Assembly: GCF_001194135.2 (NCBI RefSeq)
Contig: NC_069000.1
Location: forward strand, 46,063,496 to 46,103,102
DNA: 39,607 nucleotides
Reading direction: 5' to 3'
Source: Octopus bimaculoides
Taxonomy: Eukaryota
Made by a program: the position numbers and the translations under genes
Shown here: positions 38,193-39,607 of the stretch, piece after piece
Layout of the letters: each line of letters starts with the position of its first letter
Position numbering within the stretch: position 1 is the first letter of the stretch
Notes under the pieces: model-generated
Told to the model about the DNA's origin: nothing
The model's input: only the letters and a program-made list of their open reading frames with translations
The model's database searches: none

Positions 38193-39388
38193 TTGTGTGT
38201 GTTTCTATATATGCATGTTTGTATGTTTATAATCATAAGTGTATGTGTATACATATGTATGCACGTGTATATGTATATAATATTTGTTTTGTGTATAACG
38301 ATATATAACGAAAGCGAAGGCTTTCTTTAAGGGTCACTCATTGCAATAAAATGCACGATGAGATTCATTTATTTAATCAGGGTAACTGTTGACAGTGACT
38401 TCTATGTATATGCATATATATGGGTATGTATGTGTGTTTGTGTGNNNNNNNNNNNNNNNNNNNNNNNNNNNNNNNNNNNNNNNNNNNNNNNNNNNNNNNN
38501 NNNNNNNNNNNNNNNNNNNNNNNNNNNNNNNNNNNNNNNNNNNNNNNNNNNNNNNNNNNNNNNNNNNNNNNNNNNNNNNNNNNNNNNNNNNNNNNNNNNN
38601 NNNNNNNNNNNNNNNNNNNNNNNNNNNNNNNNNNNNNNNNNNNNNNNNNNNNNNNNNNNNNNNNNNNNNNNNNNNNNNNNNNNNNNNNNNNNNNNNNNNN
38701 NNNNNNNNNNNNNNNNNNNNNNNNNNNNNNNNNNNNNNNNNNNNNNNNNNNNNNNNNNNNNNNNNNNNNNNNNNNNNNNNNNNATTATGTTTTCATGCAT
38801 TCAGTCGCCTACGGAGTTCCATTGTCAGTTAAAAAGTATTATTTTAAACTCATGTAAAAAAATTCAAGTTTTTGCCGGCAGGTCGAAATCAGTTCGGATT
38901 ATTATTTTTGTTAATTTAGGAATTGCTGTCAGGTAGTTAATCGGGCAGAATTTCTCTGCAAGACACAAATTGCAGCATTTCGATCTATAGTGACAATTTT
39001 CAAAAAATACGCTTAAGGTTCTTCCTTCAACGAATTATATTATCGCCATCATTACGAAGTTTTATTATGAGAAATGAAACATTCGTATACGTTATATATG
39101 CATCTTTGTACGCAGATACCTGTATGCAGATACACGTGTGTATACATAAATATGCATACATATATCATAATATATATTTTTAAATGGATTTATATTGCTT
39201 TTTTTTTTTACAGACTTCGGATTACATGTACATGTAAAGACGACAACGAGGTGAAAAATGGAACGAAGCGATGTGCAAGAATATTACCATTCAATGATCA
39301 ACAGTGGCCGGCTTATATGGGATCACGTGCTGACAGTCATTGGTTACCAAGGCAACACAGAAGGCCACAGTCACAACATAGAAAATAA
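6098..39388 (+). CDS. FAM234B-like: Spliced gene, FAM234-family (FAM234A/B-like) type II membrane protein with FG-GAP-like beta-propeller; join(6098-6704,8741-8949,9364-9535,11727-11953,12615-12796,17960-18056,[missing exon(s)],29972-30097,33599-33762,34269-35499,36520-36658,39214-39388)
   Basis: All 11 exons are bounded by GT-AG and stay in frame. The first six total 1494 nt (498 codons); the last five total 1835 nt (phase-1 start, TAA end). The protein has an acidic N-tail, one TM helix, repeated D-x-[DN]-x-D-G-x-x-D loops ([53 protein letters not shown]) and a C-terminal QQWPAYMG motif. Family assignment is from recalled motifs; A versus B orthology is not resolved. Confidence 0.88.
6780..7135. 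repeat. Mosaic (CAC/ACC/CTA)n trinucleotide microsatellite
   Basis: Direct repeat composition; source of the Thr/His/Pro-run ORFs. Confidence 0.9.
8325..8665 (+). mobile_element. RTE-clade LINE 3' end with C-terminal C2H2-like finger
   Basis: Reads [13 protein letters not shown]...[23 protein letters not shown]-stop, then a short 3' UTR (gtcttcttcagtcctgagtggaaggccatcat) of RTE type. Confidence 0.7.
8741..8949 (+). CDS. FAM234B-like: Coding exon 2 (GVDG...CKIYF...[17 protein letters not shown]...DCLAGGRAG)
   Basis: Acceptor cttattcgccccacAG; G+GT makes Gly; donor GGG|GTACGT, phase 0. Confidence 0.93.
8975..9245. mobile_element. Fused inverted SINE pair: minus-strand 3' stub (about 8975-9035) plus a 5'-truncated plus-strand copy (9031-9245) with (ATT)n tail
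   Basis: The + copy matches 18827-19065 (aaattccgccgaggtcgact...gtaatcgact...aatttcaggccttgtgcc). 9019-9035 is the reverse complement of 9134-9150 (16/17). Confidence 0.8.
9364..9535 (+). CDS. FAM234B-like: Coding exon 3 ([14 protein letters not shown]...[18 protein letters not shown])
   Basis: Acceptor ttttctcctcCAG, phase 0; donor A|GTATGT, phase 1. Confidence 0.93.
11727..11953 (+). CDS. FAM234B-like: Coding exon 4 ([18 protein letters not shown]...[11 protein letters not shown]...[13 protein letters not shown])
   Basis: Acceptor ctcttcctattttCAG; A+AC makes Asn; donor CGA|GTAAGT, phase 0. Confidence 0.92.
12055..12600. repeat. Degenerate 36-37 bp minisatellite (about gatgacgttaagtgaatcagaaattgtaatgttatat) interrupted by a SINE
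   Basis: Unit anchors at 12081, 12402, 12467, 12504, 12541 and 12577. Confidence 0.8.
12128..12340 (-). mobile_element. Near full-length tRNA-derived SINE, same family as 18827-19065
   Basis: Reverse complement reads aaggcagcgagctggtagaatcg...cttagcggtatttcgtc...ttctgagttcaaattcc...ggccttgtgct. taagtgaa flanks both sides (12120-12127, 12339-12346), a possible TSD. Confidence 0.85.
12615..12796 (+). CDS. FAM234B-like: Coding exon 5 ([31 protein letters not shown]...SSESY)
   Basis: Acceptor ttttctttgttgaCAG, with a second in-frame CAG 6 nt downstream. Donor AA|GTAAGT, phase 2. The ORF track misses this frame. Confidence 0.92.
13365..13665. repeat. Degenerate (CACAGACT)n octamer repeat
   Basis: Many ctcacagact / cactgact units are directly visible. 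Confidence 0.8.
13800..15050. repeat. Mosaic trinucleotide (CTA, CAA, CAC, CAT, CTG)n and (CT)n microsatellite field, including gap 14523-14616
   Basis: Direct repeat composition. Confidence 0.9.
15973..16612 (-). mobile_element. Mariner (DD34D-type) transposase relic, 3' part with terminal repeat
   Basis: Minus strand gives [16 protein letters not shown]..., [41 protein letters not shown], then ...QHRWEKC..CKGDYVEK-stop at 16041, with frameshifts. A TIR-like cgatggtcagctgaaaagtccataagctgaccaa lies at about 15975. Confidence 0.85.
16615..16936 (-). mobile_element. Full-length tRNA-derived SINE of a second family (octopus OR/OK-like), about 320 bp
   Basis: Reverse complement starts gtgaaggcgcgTGGCTTAGTGGttagg (A box, 16914-16924) ... 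GAGTTCAATTCC (B box, 16871-16882). The body continues about 250 bp, so it is not a tRNA gene. Confidence 0.85.
17960..18056 (+). CDS. FAM234B-like: Coding exon 6 ([33 protein letters not shown])
   Basis: Acceptor ttctatttacttaCAG; AA+T makes Asn; donor CAG|GTGATT, phase 0. Confidence 0.92.
18136..18265 (+). mobile_element. 5'-truncated SINE, family of 18827-19065
   Basis: ggtcgataaattaaatac...gtaatcgactagtcccc...aatttcaggccttgtgcc followed by an (ATT)n/(GTT)n tail. Confidence 0.8.
18827..19065 (+). mobile_element. Full-length tRNA-derived SINE with (ATT)n tail
   Basis: Head aaggtggcaggctggcagaatcg, B-box-like ctgagttcaaatt, shared body with copies at 9031, 12128 and 18136. Confidence 0.85.
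19070..19754 (-). mobile_element. 5'-truncated R4/Dong-like LINE with restriction-like endonuclease
   Basis: Minus strand reads [14 protein letters not shown]..., a degenerate CCHC knuckle ([21 protein letters not shown]), RPD...[28 protein letters not shown]...PVIVGALG...ILRKA-stop, then a 3' UTR. Has an internal deletion and frameshift. Confidence 0.8.
19771..20085. repeat. Highly diverged ~31-bp minisatellite, about 10 units, core tcccacagagatgatggga
   Basis: ccc(a) anchors at about 19790, 19820, 19850, 19881, 19913, 19943, 19974, 20006, 20038 and 20072. Confidence 0.7.
20420..25610. repeat. Dense (TA)n/(TG)n/(TATG)n/(GA)n/(GGT)n microsatellite field with four assembly gaps
   Basis: Direct repeat composition; gaps 21117-21185, 22382-22832, 23552-24126 and 24922-25446. 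Confidence 0.9.
25990..26342 (+). mobile_element. L2/CR1-type LINE relic (post-RT C-terminal region)
   Basis: Reads [62 protein letters not shown]..., matching the LExVQRxxTxxI...LSYxERLxxLxLxSLExRR motif. Several stops. Confidence 0.8.
27705..27985 (-). mobile_element. Two adjacent, strongly degenerate SINE fragments
   Basis: gaacctaaaaccacgtaactgtgaaccgaacttcgtaaccac resembles one SINE head and gagatttaaaccgagg...ctaattctacccgcc the other, both on the minus strand. Confidence 0.4.
29972..30097 (+). CDS. FAM234B-like: Coding exon after the missing segment ([43 protein letters not shown])
   Basis: Acceptor ctattgtttCAG, donor G|GTAGGT, phase 1 to 1. The frame differs from the ORF-track call 29963-30166. 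G+AA joins the next exon in frame; the SRADFCR-x-RF motif is recalled from invertebrate FAM234 proteins. Confidence 0.85.
30600..30668. repeat. 23-bp perfect tandem repeat (ccccctcctaccgatcatcagtt), about 3 copies running into gap 30669-31544
   Basis: Identical units are directly visible. Confidence 0.92.
31880..32230. repeat. (TAT)n/(AAT)n, (TA)n and (TATG)n microsatellites
   Basis: Direct repeat composition. Confidence 0.9.
32395..32525 (+). mobile_element. SINE 3' end fragment
   Basis: gtcgactaaaattctttcaggtaatgccctagcatg...tgcctgaaacatgtaaaagata parallels 34075-34145. Confidence 0.55.
33446..33529 (+). other. 84-nt inverted repeat / hairpin: 32-bp arms with 30/32 identity and a 20-nt loop
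   Basis: Left arm tgacagtgacttcgaagattgggccagctaag (33446-33477); right arm cttagctggccgaaacttcgaagtcactgtca (33498-33529). Confidence 0.95.
33599..33762 (+). CDS. FAM234B-like: Coding exon ([32 protein letters not shown]...KVAEK)
   Basis: Acceptor tttatctttggttaaCAG, phase 1, matching the previous donor; donor AAG|GTAGGT, phase 0. Confidence 0.85.
34040..34145 (+). mobile_element. SINE 3' end fragment
   Basis: gactcgttcaactaaaacctttgaaggtggtgctgcagca...ggctgaaacaagtaaaagaataa; same 3' type as 32395-32525. Confidence 0.55.
34269..35499 (+). CDS. FAM234B-like: Large coding exon: low-complexity Gly/Asn/Gln/Arg-rich insert, then conserved HIGPHD...[11 protein letters not shown]...[11 protein letters not shown] segment
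   Basis: Stop-free for 1231 nt. NAGNAG acceptor tcttgCAGCAG, phase 0; donor A|GTAAGT, phase 1. A small internal intron cannot be excluded, but none is needed. Confidence 0.82.
36344..36464. repeat. 30-bp minisatellite, 4 copies (atgttgacgaccaggtatcgtctgcttta-like)
   Basis: Units start at 36344, 36374, 36405 and 36435. Confidence 0.9.
36520..36658 (+). CDS. FAM234B-like: Coding exon ([20 protein letters not shown]...[12 protein letters not shown])
   Basis: Acceptor ccaattttcaCAG; A+GT makes Ser; donor AG|GTGAGA, phase 2. Confidence 0.9.
39214..39388 (+). CDS. FAM234B-like: Terminal coding exon (R-LRITCTC...[25 protein letters not shown]...stop)
   Basis: Acceptor poly-T-aCAG; AG+A makes Arg; TAA at 39386-39388. 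Confidence 0.9.
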
Positions 39389-39491
39389 AGCGGGCGAATA
39401 TAAAAGAAAAATACTATTCTACTGTTTGAAAAAATAAGTATAGAGAAAAAACAAAGGCAAAAGACAATACACGAGTGTTTGCGTGCGTTTG

Positions 39492-39537
<46 letters not shown>

Positions 39538-39607
39538 GATGCATACATACATGCAACTATATAAGGGTATATGACCATATCTATATATATATATATATAT
39601 ATATATA

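Larger units (their letters stand above)
11488..38783. other. 13 assembly gaps: 11488-11628, 14523-14616, 15142-15936, 18334-18799, 21117-21185, 22382-22832, 23552-24126, 24922-25446, 26424-26990, 29692-29889, 30669-31544, 37349-37519, 38445-38783
   Basis: Runs of N, mostly flanked by microsatellites, typical of a short-read scaffold. Confidence 0.99.

Noticed and set aside
110-39552. The many ORF-track entries rich in YI/HT/CV/RE/poly-L/V/T/X
   Set aside because: They are translations of (TA)n, (TACA)n, (CA)n, (GA)n and trinucleotide repeats, or run through N gaps; no coding signal.

Overview
This is eukaryotic, AT-rich, microsatellite-saturated draft-assembly DNA with 13 N-gaps. The SINE, LINE and microsatellite make-up strongly suggests an octopus (coleoid cephalopod) genome; that is inferred from recalled repeat families, not from a search. 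One large spliced + strand gene spans the window (ATG 6098 to TAA 39388). It encodes a FAM234-family (FAM234A/B-like) type II membrane protein with a lumenal FG-GAP/DxDxDG beta-propeller. I traced 11 exons with GT-AG sites and consistent phases (about 1,109 visible codons). A phase break between 18056 and 29972 means at least one exon is missing, probably in a gap. The introns hold tRNA-derived SINEs, relics of RTE, L2/CR1, R4/Dong-like, Penelope-like, mariner and hAT elements, and several minisatellites. Nearly all other ORF-track entries are microsatellite or N-gap artefacts. There is no prokaryotic-type system or CRISPR array. Main leads: (1) an 84-nt near-perfect intronic hairpin (33446-33529) that resembles a pri-miRNA stem and masks an upstream splice acceptor adding 49 in-frame codons; (2) a 336-aa low-complexity lumenal insert with four canonical furin sites and a coding (GGT)n tract; (3) a Dong-like LINE inserted into a SINE's (ATT)n tail; (4) fold-back and inverted SINEs that could be ADAR substrates.
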